A stretch of DNA of 64,000 nt. Origin: Octopus bimaculoides. Its lineage: Eukaryota. Made by a program: the position numbers and the translations under genes. This document shows positions 25,793-37,260 of this stretch, one piece after another (the stretch's first letter is position 1; each line of letters starts with the position of its first letter). Location of the stretch: positions 81,470,829-81,534,828 of the forward strand of contig NC_068987.1 in NCBI RefSeq assembly GCF_001194135.2, written 5' to 3'. The notes under the pieces are model-generated. The model did not search any database. It saw nothing but the letters and a program-made list of their open reading frames with translations, and was not told the origin of the DNA.

Positions 25793-27558
25793 AGTGGTGC
25801 TGTCAGTAAGGAGAGAGCTGGCCACAAATACAGTGATGAATTTAGTGTACAAGTAGGGATTCACCAAGGCTCATTTCTCAGCCTATTCTTATTCATTATA
25901 GTCCTCCAGGCCAAAACAGAGTAATTCAAAAATGAAACTGCTATATGCTGATAACCTTGCTCTTATTGCAGAATCATTAGCAGAATTGGTGAAGAAATTC
26001 CTGGAATGGAAACAAAACTTGGAATCAAAAAGCCTTAAAGTTAACCTAGCAAAAACCAAAGTTGTTGTTAGTAAGAAAGAAGATAAAACTCTCTTTCCAT
26101 CAGGTAAACAGCCCTGCTCAATATGTAGGAAAGGAGTTGGAAGAAATTCCATTCACTGCATCCAGTGTAAGTTATGAATACATAAGAGGTGCAGTGGAAT
26201 CATAGGTAGATTAACAGGTAAAGTCGCCTTTGTATGTGGCAGATGTGCAGGAACAATAAGCACTAAGAGCACATAGGACTTAGTTTCTTTCAAATGCCCA
26301 GGAGACTCACTTGAGGTTGTAGATAGTCCTTGTTACCTAAGTGACCAAATTGGCAATGGTGGAGGATGCTCTGAAAGTATTGTTTCTAGAATAAGAATTG
26401 GGTGGAGGAAGTTCAGAAAGCTATTACCTTTGTTGGCAACAAAAGGACTCTCTCTCAGAGTGAAAGATAGACTATATGGTGCTTGTGTACAAATGGCTAT
26501 ACTCCATGGTTGTGAGACATGGGCTCTGAATGCAGAAGGCATGCATAGACTGGAGAGAAATGAAGGCAGTATGCTCCACTGGATGTGCAACATCAGTGCA
26601 CATGTATGGCAAAGTGTAAATGTATTGAGAGAAAAGTTGGGTATAAGAGGAATCAAAAGTAGCATGCAAGAGAGAAGACTACATTAGTTTGGACATGTGA
26701 AGCGTATGAATGAGGACAGCTGCATAAAGAAGTGATAATCACTGAAAGAGGATAGCACCAGCAGAAGAGGGAGACCCAGGAAGACATGGGATGAAGTGGT
26801 AAGGACTGATCTCAAGATGATGGGCTTCATGGAGGAAATGACAATGAAATGAGATGTCTGGCAATAAGAGATTCTTGAGAAGACCTGCCCACATAGGAGA
26901 AACACTTCTAAAAGCACTGTGTTCCATCCACATGTAGCAAGAAAAGTTTTCACACACACCCTACCTCAACAAACCAAACTACATCTCTTCCTCACATTTC
27001 CTCTTTCATGCACTAGGCTTACCTCCCACTCCCCAATCCTGTCCCTTTGTACCTGTTTCAATGTATCATTGCTATTTGCTAGCCCCCAACCTGTGTGTTC
27101 CACCCACATGTAATCAGAAAAATTTTCAAACACCCTAGCTCAACAAACCAAACTACATTTCTTCTCTTCCTCACATTTCCTCCTTCATGCACTATACTTA
27201 CTTCTCACTCCTCAATCCTGTCCTCATAGCCACCCTGTTTCTCTGTATCATTGCTAAACGGTACCCCTCCCCACACTCCCTAATCACGCTTCTTTGGCAA
27301 TGTCCTGTCACCTATATTATGATCTTCAGACCTCAAGGGTATGCCTCAGCACTTGCCACCATCTATATCTCTCTCTTCTTTTACTCAACCATCCCATTTA
27401 TATTCTGATCCCCGTCCCTTGTGACTATGTCCAGTACTTTACCACCATCTCTATTCTGCTGTCTTCCACTTTCTCTCTTCCCTTCTTCTGCTCTTCCCTC
27501 AGGTTAGGTAACCATGCATCTCCTTTATGTCAGTACACCTGTTTCTGTCCTCATTCCT

Positions 27559-27594
<36 letters not shown>

Positions 27595-27722
27595 CCCAGC
27601 TGTAAAAGCTCTGACGAAACAGACACACAAGTCTGGTGCAGGCATCTGCCTGGCTGACTCCTGTCAAACCATCCCACCCATGCCAGCATGGAAGGTAGAC
27701 ATTAAACAACAATGCTGATGAT
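25793..27722 (+). mobile_element. 5'-truncated RTE LINE: RT with internal PHD finger and long CT-rich 3' UTR
   Basis: VGIHQGSFLS, LLYADNLALIAES, LKVNLAKTKV, PHD CSIC..CIQC..HKRC..CGRC, AILHGCETW, RGRPRKTW; several stops. Terminus catgccagcatggaaggtagacattaaac..gatgat at 27678-27722. Confidence 0.9.
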
Positions 27723-27941
27723 CATGAAGGGGGTGCTGAAAAGTTCCTGGCTTTAAGGGTATCATGAAAGCCTGATTGAAGGCCCAACCTTCTGAGTTCT
27801 TTTACAGGACTCAGAAAAACTGAAGAACCACTGCAATAAGTGTGAATCTGAGAGGGGAATATGTTGGATAAAATCATAATTAATTGATCCTCCTGTGTTT
27901 TCTCTTACCTAAAGCCAGGAACTTTTCAGCACCACCTCATG
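27723..27941. mobile_element. mariner-derived MITE / internal-deletion derivative
   Basis: ~33-bp TIRs catgaagggggtgctgaaaagttcctggcttta / taaagccaggaacttttcagcaccacctcatg, followed by TA on the right. An internal remnant encodes NLRGEYVG* (mariner C-terminus). Confidence 0.8.
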
Positions 27942-27944
27942 TAT

Positions 27945-27951
27945 ATATACA

Positions 27952-27988
<37 letters not shown>

Positions 27989-28036
27989 CTATATATGTGT
28001 GTGTGTGTGTCAGTGTGTATGTGTGTGTGTGTGTGT

Positions 28037-28075
<39 letters not shown>

Positions 28076-28305
28076 AATGTGTGTCATTGTGCATGTGTTT
28101 GTCTTCCAGTACTACATGACAGCTGATATTGTTTTGTACATGTCCCCATAACTTGGTAGTTTGGCAAAAGAGACTGATAAAATAAGTATCAAGCCTTAAA
28201 GAATGGGGGAAAAAGTACCAGGGTTAAGTCATTCAACTAAAAACCTTTCAAGGCGGTGCCCCAGCATGACCACAGTCCAGTGATTGAAACAAGTAAGAGA
28301 TAAAA
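27945..28305 (+). mobile_element. SINE family A 3' half, including (TATC)n/(GT)n
   Basis: gtccccataacttggtagtttggcaaaagagactgataaaataagt...aggcggtgccccagcatgaccacagtc...gaaacaagtaagagataaaag. Confidence 0.75.
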
Positions 28306-28319
28306 GGTAAAAGGGACAC

Positions 28320-28790
28320 CCATGGAATGAAGTTCAGAAAGAGCCGAGATGAAGGGCTGCATTTGGGTTGGATAATTGCTAAACATGAATTAGGACAAGA
28401 GAAGTTGAGGGTGCTGCTGCCATACTGAAAAATGTAGACTGTATGAAAAAATATAATGCTGTGTGACAGTAATATTTTAGCAATAGAGGTGGAGTATTTG
28501 CAGAGCTTGGAGAAAAATACGTTTGGATGTGCAATGTAACTCGTATGAAAAATGAACAGTAAGAAAGGTTGTTCATTAAAGATAGCAGTTGGTGCATTCA
28601 GAAGAGGAAACTGCACTGGAAATGCGATGCAAGTGTATCAGTGTTGAATGGAAAATTAGGAAAATTGTTGAGGAATGATAAACCTCATGGATGAGATGAT
28701 GCAGTATCAAGAGGAATGTCAAAATGCTATACTGTGTTCTACACCCAACCAATGTCTGCATTGAAAAACAAATGTTAAAATGATGATAAT
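28320..28790 (+). mobile_element. Old RTE LINE C-terminal fragment
   Basis: Degenerate WMCNVTR..NE, RKLHW and ending (GAT)n-like; heavily decayed. Confidence 0.4.
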
Positions 28791-30664
28791 GAAGAATATG
28801 GCTGCAGTAGTGATGGTGATGGCGGTGGAGGTGGTGATGGTGGTGAGGGTGGTGATAACATTATGACCCATTGAAATGTACTATTTTATTCATATAGCAT
28901 AATTTAGTTATCTTAAAGTTGTAAGGTTTCAGACAAAATCGACAGTTATAGTGCATCATAAATAGAAAGATATTTGAATTGTGTTATGTAAAATGAAAAT
29001 AGTGCATTCCATTTTCATTTAGATCAATAATATATTTTGTTAAACTCTGTTAAGCATACGGTTACTATAATGAAATTGTTAAAATAAAAGAAAAAAAAAT
29101 TGTCACCATAACATGTAGATAATTCTCAGTTTAACAATATTAGTTTTGGATAAATTCTGAGATGTATACATGAATGAACAAGCTAAGTTATATGAATGTG
29201 CTTACTAGTGTTTAATGAGTTTTAGGTTATTATGATTAACAAATTCTATGATAATTGAGATAAGGTGTGAACTTGAAGGTGAATAGACAATTGCTATTAA
29301 CACATTACAGGGTTAAATGTCTAACCGAATTGTTTTTAATAAAATTATAATTTTCTGACTAATTAACCTCATCTTTAGAGATAACATTTTTTAATGCTTA
29401 CACTAATACTACATTTCAGTCTGTTTGATCTCCATTTGTCATCAGGTATCTTATTTCTGTATATGTACATTGTACCAGGCTTGATTAAAACTAGGGATCT
29501 TTATTTCTAAGCTAAGAATAACAGCAGCCTTATCTACTAGGCCACTGACACATGTGCAATTAATGTTACATTTTTAGGTTATTTAAATTTATCTTTCAGT
29601 AAATGCTGCCATATTGAGCTGCTGCCAGCACTGGGGTTTACTGACTGTGTTATCAGCAAGCATTATATGTACTGCTGCTTTGATGTTTCCAAGTTTATAC
29701 TGGTTCTCTATCAATTATGGAAAGTTCATTCCATAGCATTATATGATTTTCTTTCGTGCATCATATATGTACAGCTATCCTTTCTTAAATGTTTCTACTC
29801 TCATTAAGGTTTGCCAGTGTTCCTCTATTCTGACCTTTAGTGTAGCTGTAAATAGATGTAAACATAGTGTATATGTCAATATTAGAATGTTTCATCTAAA
29901 GATGAAATTAATAGTCTGAAAAATTATAATCTTATTATGATAGAGATTTTTCATTACGACACTCTTTCATGTTAAATTAGAAAATTGATAACAAGATATG
30001 ATAGTTCAAGAAAGAAAATTAAAAGCATTATTTTGAATATAAGAATTTTTATATCTACTAAACAAATCAGAATATGAGTGCATATGAGTGTATTCAATCA
30101 TTAGTTTCTTCTCAATTCTGTATTTGTTCAAGCTGTGTTACAATTATATTGAAGTTGGAAAATTTATTAAATGATACACAAAGATTTTATCCAGTATATG
30201 TAGAAGATGGCTTAGATTTGAAGTGCTAGACATTGGATGTTAAACTAAGTTGTGGTACAACTGAATGCTGGTAAACATCAAGCATATCTGGTTCTTTGAA
30301 CTTGGTTAGATCAATGATCAAAACTATCATTAAATTTGTAGACAAAATGAAAACTACCGCCATGATGAGCTTGGTGTTATCGGTAAAATAAGTGATGTAT
30401 TCATGAAGAAAATCTTTGTAGAAAAAGGAAGACATATTTAATATATAGCTATGACCATTCCGTTAGTTTTTATCATAGTAAAAACGAGCCTCTCCACTCA
30501 ATAGGAAGTCCAAGGTATCATGGAATTAAATATAAGCTTAAATCTTAATTAAATATATTTTATAATATCCTTATAATTTAACTTTTAATGTGTAACGTGA
30601 TTAGGCATGAGGTTATCACTACAACAGCTACATCTAAGACTTAATTTAATATTTGGCTTTAAGT

Positions 30665-30990
30665 GATACTTCTTTGGTTACGACAACAATGGTTCCGGTT
30701 AATCCAATCAATGGAACAGCCTGCTTTCAAAATTAGTGTGGAAGTAGCTGAGTACTCCATAGACATGTGTACACTTAACGTAGTTCTCAGTGAGATTCAG
30801 CATGTGACAAGGTTGGCCCTTTGTCAGCTTTGAAATACAGGTACTATTCATTTTTGCCAGCTGAGTGGACAGGAGCTATGAGAAACAAAGTGTCTTGCTC
30901 AAGGACACAACATGTCACCAAGAATCAAACTCGTGATCTTACACTCATGATCTGAATACCTTAACCACTGAGCCACATGCCTTCACTAAC
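30665..30990 (-). mobile_element. tRNA-derived SINE, family C
   Basis: Reverse complement of the copy at 51127-51460 (gtgaaggcatgtggctcagtggttaagg...gtgtccttgagcaagacact...ccactcagctggcaaaaatga). Confidence 0.85.
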
Positions 30991-31811
30991 ATTTGGCCAC
31001 TGCCAAATGGATGATTGTTTCTGTTACTTGCTGACACTCATCTGAGTGTTAGCAAGAGAATCTTGAAAGCAATAGAACTTATCAAACTCTGGAACTAAAT
31101 ACTTCTAATGCAGACCATTACCAAGTTCCTTGAATTTGTAACTTTTACTCTTTATAATGAATATCCTGTGGAATGCTGTTTTGTTAGTGTTGTATCTTCT
31201 AGAAATGTATCTGCTATAGTAATTGAATTGAAGTTTTACAGAATATAATTGTATGTGTTTTTATATTGATCATTGGATGAATATCTTCTTTAAATAACGT
31301 ATTTGAGATGTTTCTTTCAAATCCAACTAAACTCTTTTGATGAAATTTCATTGAGTTTCTCAGAATGAACTGGACTGTATGTGCTGAGTCTGTAGAAAGT
31401 TCAGTAAGATTTATTAGATGCAAAATATTTGTCTATGGTACCAAGAGAGAGGAAATGTTTTGTGAAGAGGTGCAGTTCATTTATAATTGGTATTTTACAA
31501 CACAGTTATGGTAGAATGGAGAATACTTTCTTTTTTAATACATTCTGATAGCCAAGTCTAAATAACATGTAATTGAGGATTCTATTTATGCTCTCCTCCC
31601 TAAAAAATCCCTCAAAATTTGTATCATTGTTTCTTGAATGTTTATTATAAGGTTAGTTTAATGTCAGAATTGTACAAATTAGCTATATTTTATGAGATAT
31701 ATTTATAAATTTATTATCTGTAAAGAGTCATTAGCCCTCGTTTGATCCTCTTCTTTGAAGTTTCAATAATATATGTAAACATTCTGTTCATGTTCTCAGA
31801 GCTATGAGTTC

Positions 31812-31846
<35 letters not shown>

Positions 31847-33234
31847 TTATGTACATATATATATACAGTTATGTATTCTGATTCTACATTAAAAAAATAT
31901 TGACTATATCAATTATTATGAAATAGTTTTTCCATTTTTATGTATGTCGAATTTTATAAAAACAAATCAATTGTGAATGCAATTTTTGAAATATAATTTA
32001 ATTCTTCACAATGCTTAATTGCCCTTAAATCAATTTTTTGATGAAATTATGAGAAACAATTTCTGACATGGCAACATTTATATAGTCTAGGATTAAATCA
32101 ATAATTTTTCAAACAATATATTTTAGATTTTTATTTAATTAACTTTTTGCTTCTTTTTTTTTTAGTTTTCAAAGAAAATGTAATCTTGTTAGATTGAAAC
32201 TTAATTCAGTTTCCAAATAAACTCTGATATAAAAATTTGTAACATTTAAATTATTGTTTTACCTGTTTATAAATAAAACCTAATGGGAGTAAAATTTCTT
32301 TAAAATATTGCATTCATTATTTGTTTTCATAATATCTGCAATTAATTTTACTAATTAAAAACTAAAATATCATCAGGCCTAATTTCCCTTGAATAAAACC
32401 ATATAATACCTGGTGTATTTTAAATAATAAATTTTAATTTTTCGTTATATAGTTCATGGAAATAAAATCTTCAGGAGAAAGTTTGAAACATCATTTTTGT
32501 TTTAATATTAAAAAATAATTGGATTTTTTAGATTTTATTCTCTTTTGGTCATGGGTCTACTATGTTTGAATAGTAAATACATATTTACATTTCTTCTTTA
32601 AACAGATTTGTTCTTTTTTTATGGTTACTTCCACATTCCCTTTCTGTTTTAGGAGAAAAAGTGAAAATACATTAGGTCACAGAATGTTCTTTCAAATTTC
32701 AATTAGAGAGAGAATAATTAATCATTGAAAATTTTGTTAAAATCATGCTATTTTTCTTTGATGTAAATGAGAAAAATTGACTCTATAAATAAATAAATAT
32801 TTATCTCTAGTTCAATAATCTATTTTAACCTAAGCAGTTAACTAGTCGACACACCTCACTGGTTGATTTGGAAACTAGACTTTTCTAGCAGTGTTTCATT
32901 TTCTTTTTATTTAGTTTTGTATCATAATTGAAGCATATAGTAAATATACTTCACAGCTAGACAGAAATTACTCTGGCTTTTATATCTAGGAATATAGTAT
33001 TAGAAGATTATAAATATTTAGCCCAGCTAGTGTTTTTTTTATGCTATTAATGTATATATTTTTATCTTGAATAATTACGAATATGGCCTTGTTGGCCTGT
33101 CTGGCCTATAAAACCATTGAAAATAGAAGTAAAAAAAGCAACAAATAATACAAATAACTGTCACAATGAGTATCACCATCTTTAATCAATATTGTTATAA
33201 TCAGGTAGGGTAGAGAATTTGTAGAGTTAGAAAG

Positions 33235-33425
33235 GTGTCAAGATAAATGCAGTACAGTATTAGTTTTGGCTCTTTAAGTTTAGAGTTCAAATTCAGCCAG
33301 ATTGACTTTTCTTTTTATCCTTCTTGGGTCGACATAAAATGATCCTCAAACAAATCCTAAGATTGATATAATTGACTATATGCTTCCTTAAAATGCGTGG
33401 CCATGTTAGAAATCTTTATTATTAC
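33235..33425 (+). mobile_element. SINE family B (decayed)
   Basis: gagttcaaattcagccagattgacttttctttttatccttcttgggtcgac. Confidence 0.55.
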
Positions 33426-34054
33426 ATAATGTCATTGTGTCATTCACTCGGTTGCATAATAGGATTTTACTACTGCATATCTGATGTGGGTTTTATACCA
33501 TCTAATTAGAATATAACCAGCAAGAAAGAGGATTTTTACTGGTGGAGGAACACATTTAAATATTATCATAATTAGTCTAAGATAGTAGTAATACATTTTT
33601 GCTCACTTTAGCGACCAAATATATTTCAATGAATGTGCTACCATCTTCAAAATGGGGAGCACATTTTTGGCTTTGAATCTTTGGACAAGATACGTAGAAT
33701 AAAAATAGGTTAACTATGAATAAACTAATGATTGGACAATGAGAGTAAATCAAAACTAACACTCTGGAAATGATATAACTTATATATTTATAATTAGCTT
33801 TCTACAACAATGGTAGTGGTGGCGGCGGTGGTGGCAGCAGCACATCAAACAACAGAGACAATAATACCAACGGTTATGACAGCAACAGCAACACCAACAT
33901 TGCAGCAGGAAATGACTGCTCTGCCAGCAGCAACAGAACCACTGGAATCACATCCAGGAATATCAGCACTGGCAGTTGCTCCAGCAACAACAGCAACATC
34001 AAACCCAGAGTTAATGAAAACAACATCAGTGGTGGTAGCACATCCAATACATGA

Positions 34055-34399
34055 AAATAAGTTAGTTTGGCTGCTCCTCTGTCTAAGCAACGCCTGAACA
34101 ACCAAAATTCCTCTTTTAAGATACTGGAAAGGTACAACATCATACCCCTGGTCAGCGATGTATGGTTCTTAAAAGAGGAAGGAACCCCATACATAATTAG
34201 ATGGAAACTCCTTGAACAACTGGGGACTTATATAAATGGGAGCAAACAATGTAAGCTTTGCTTAGCAGAGAGAGTAAGGATCGTAAAAAACTCACTTGAC
34301 TCAGGGACCTTTCTAAACATCAGGAAAGAAAATTTTAGCCAATGCCCTCATCTAAAACGTTTCCTACTACAGACTTGGAATTCCTCATACTTTGAATAG
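34055..34399 (+). pseudogene. Penelope-like element GIY-YIG endonuclease C-terminal region (decayed)
   Basis: K*VSLAAPLSKQRLNNQNSSF (cf. KYIG.....FKxRxxNHxxSF; TAA in place of Y), LVSDVWFLKEEGTPYIIRWKLL, CKLCLAERVRI, LNIRKENFSQCPH. This pattern is typical of C-terminal PLE endonucleases in aquatic invertebrates. Confidence 0.75.
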
Positions 34400-34561
34400 G
34401 CCTGTCACATTCCTTTGAATATCCCCACGGTTGGAGCTGATGCAAGCAAGGTAACCATGTCCTGCTTGCAGTGCCCTTGCATGGTCAAATATTTTTTGTT
34501 TACAAAACTAACTGACCGTGGCATATTTTTTTCCTCCAGTTGTAGACAGATTATGTGCCTG

Positions 34562-34638
34562 CAGCCATTTGAGTCTGATGAGTGGCCTAAACTGCTTAGC
34601 ACTTTATAGGTGGAAGACCAATGGTCACTCTATGACTA
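34562..34638 (+). ncRNA. Degenerate type I hammerhead ribozyme in the PLE 3' region
   Basis: cagccatttGAGT-CTGATGA-gtggCCTAaacTGC[tta]GCActttaTAGGtg-GAA(G)AC-C[aat]G-GTC-ACTCtatgact. Stem I GAGT/ACTC extends imperfectly to about 12 bp. It has a GUC cleavage triplet and a 1-nt insertion in GAAA. Confidence 0.6.
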
Positions 34639-35249
34639 GCCATAACATCTAACTTTCTAAATTAACTTACTATTATATTCGGGAGTGTCTTGAAGTATTT
34701 AACCAGTTCTCTAGTAGAGATTTGCTTACTTAGGGCTTGTTAACATCAGTTCCAACAATAAATAAGTTTATCATTAAAATCCTGAATGCAATTAGATTGC
34801 TAGCTACTTAAACTATGTTTTAATGACTCAGCATGTCTTCATTATTTGTTGCCTTATTTGCAATATATATATATATATATATATATATAATTGAAAAAAA
34901 TTGGACTCAAGGCCATGACAGACAGATATGATTTTCTTGAAGCTGAGGATTTTAAACTTACGGAGACAATATTCACATATCACCTGAGGAAACAGAACTA
35001 TATCTCATGATGCAGGAAAACAGTTGCATAAATAAGTGACTGCACACCTGGAGAACTATGTTGCGTGGAAGCAATTATAGTGATTAAAGAATAAATGTCC
35101 AACTGTACCCCTTCTTGTCGACTCCAATCTTTTCAATTAACTATTCACATATGTCAGCACAGTGTAAATCTGAAGGTGGACGAGCTTTATATTGCACTCT
35201 ACTACGTTCTTAACAGAATATACCATAACTATACTTATATATATATTTC

Positions 35250-35427
35250 TTTATTGCCCACAGGGGGTTAAACATAGAGGGGACAAACAAAGGGATTAAG
35301 TCAATTACATCGACCCCAGTGTGTAACGGGTACTTATTTAATCGACCCCGGCGGAATTTGAACTCAGAACGTAACGGCAGACGAAATACCGCTAAGTATT
35401 TCGCCCACCGTGCTAATGATTCTGACA
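35250..35427 (-). mobile_element. SINE family B with internal deletion
   Basis: ttctttattgcccacaggg...gattaagtcaattacatcgaccccag...ggcggaatttgaactcagaacgtaacggcagacgaaatacc. Confidence 0.85.
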
Positions 35428-37074
35428 TGTATATATATATAGCCCTTCCTACTTTAGATTGAAAAAAATAGTGGGAAGTTCCATAATAAATTTTTGCAAA
35501 CATTTAACATTGCTTCACTTCTTTGTGTTCCATTTACTTTTGGATACACTATAACAGATGGAATTACAGATTCATATTTTTCTAGCAACAGCTGTCAGAA
35601 AAATAATTGGCAGTGCTTAACAACTTCAGTTTTAAATATAATGAAGGCAGCCATTAACAATGACATTCTCCAACAACTTTAATCTTTCTCCTTAATAGCC
35701 ACTAGTACAGCTTCTGTAAAGCCAGATCTAGTCAAATGTAAACAAAGCAGTCCTTGCATTATACATCAACCTCACTGTTGATATAGCAGCAAGTTGCCTG
35801 GTGCTTTTGTTTCTTCCTTATCACCAACCTAATTCATCAGGATACATTTTTTTAATTTAAAAAGGATAAGGCCTTATTCATCTCCCTGTGAAAATAGTTT
35901 ATTACACACTCACCATAATGTAACTAATAATGATATAAAAGTATAGTATACTATGTTAATAGTAAGTATACAATGTACTAAGTTAAGAAATAAGTATCCT
36001 TTGTGTTTATGTGCACATCTCACTTGGTATGTTACAGCTTGTTTGCTATGTTCCAATTGTTCTGTTTCCTAGGGTGAAATTTCACTGTTAATAATATTTT
36101 ACTCAATGGGATTGATGATGATAAAATTATTAGCAGATTTATAGAATCTCTGCCAGAAGGAAAAGAGATGGCATGTTATTCATTACTGTAATTTTCAGCA
36201 TAAAATTTATAATCAAATCATCAAATTGCAAAAATCATTAAATTGCAAAATTACAATTGTTAGAAAATATGAACTGTTGTATTAAATTTATTAAACTTTG
36301 TTATGAAGCTGATTCAGTTTTCTTCTTTACTTCTATTGTAATTTAAAAGAATTTGTAAACGATAATATTAAAGGAAAAATTTATGTACTGTGGGTTTCAA
36401 TATTGAAAAGATACAGTTGAAAAATCAATTCAAATGGTGGGGAAGATGAGTATTTGGTTGTATATTTCCTAAGTTTTTACAACAATAATAGTGTTGTAGC
36501 AGAATGCATTTGTTGATATTGAATAGGAGGAAGAATCTTTGAACAACTCTAATAATAATGATAAATCAAACACAATTCTGATGCTACCTACCAGTGACAG
36601 TAAAATTACAGTTCATATGGGTTATAGTATATGAACAGCTTATACAATGACATTAATGCACATGATCTACAACAAGTTAATAGAACATATGACTTCAATG
36701 TATACAAATCTTCTTGAATCATTCATTTTTCTGTTTGAGCAAGGCAAACTGTAAAGCAAATTTCTGCATTCAGTAGTGACCAAATGACACAACCAGCTCT
36801 GTTTGTATATTTCCAAGTTGTGTGTCTGATTCTCTGTGAATATAGGAAGCTTACTTTTCTTTGATACATATCAAAAACTTCATAGCTGCAACTTTGTTCT
36901 CTGTTAAAGCATTTTATTCTAAGAAAATCTTTGATAGAATATAGAAGGTTCAAGGACTTAGAAATGAGTGATGAGAGATCAATACAAATGGAAAATAAAT
37001 AGGTTTTAAATTAGACAATTAAATTTACCATTCAGGTTTCTCTACATAACTATTATGTTTTTAATGTTATACTT

Positions 37075-37116
37075 TCTCTCTTTTTCCCTCTCTCTCTCTT
37101 TCCCCCTCTCTCTCTT

Positions 37117-37152
<36 letters not shown>

Positions 37153-37260
37153 TCTCTCTCTCTCTTTCCCCCCTCTCCCTCTCTCTCTCTCTTCCCCCCC
37201 CTCTCTCTCTCTCTCTTCCCCCTCCCTCTCTCTTTATTTCCCTCTGTTTTCTGCTTTCTT
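37075..37260. repeat. imperfect (CT)n / pyrimidine tract
   Basis: Seen directly in the sequence. Confidence 0.9.

Noticed and set aside
30226-31423. Minus-strand ORFs 30226-30435 and 31214-31423 with hydrophobic or protein-like stretches
   Set aside because: Acceptor-like sites exist, but there are no good donors, no recognisable domain, and such lengths are expected by chance in this window.
33810-34097. 95-aa Ala/Thr-rich ORF and its antisense ORFs as a standalone gene
   Set aside because: They are alternative readings of a degenerate trinucleotide tract; the informative frame is the one leading into the PLE endonuclease.
34930-35135. Possible solo LTR (aataaa...gtcgactccaa)
   Set aside because: No TG...CA boundaries, TSD or second copy could be identified.
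35800-35845. CTGATGA...GAAAC on the minus strand as a third hammerhead
   Set aside because: No convincing stem I or stem II pairing and no NUH site in register.
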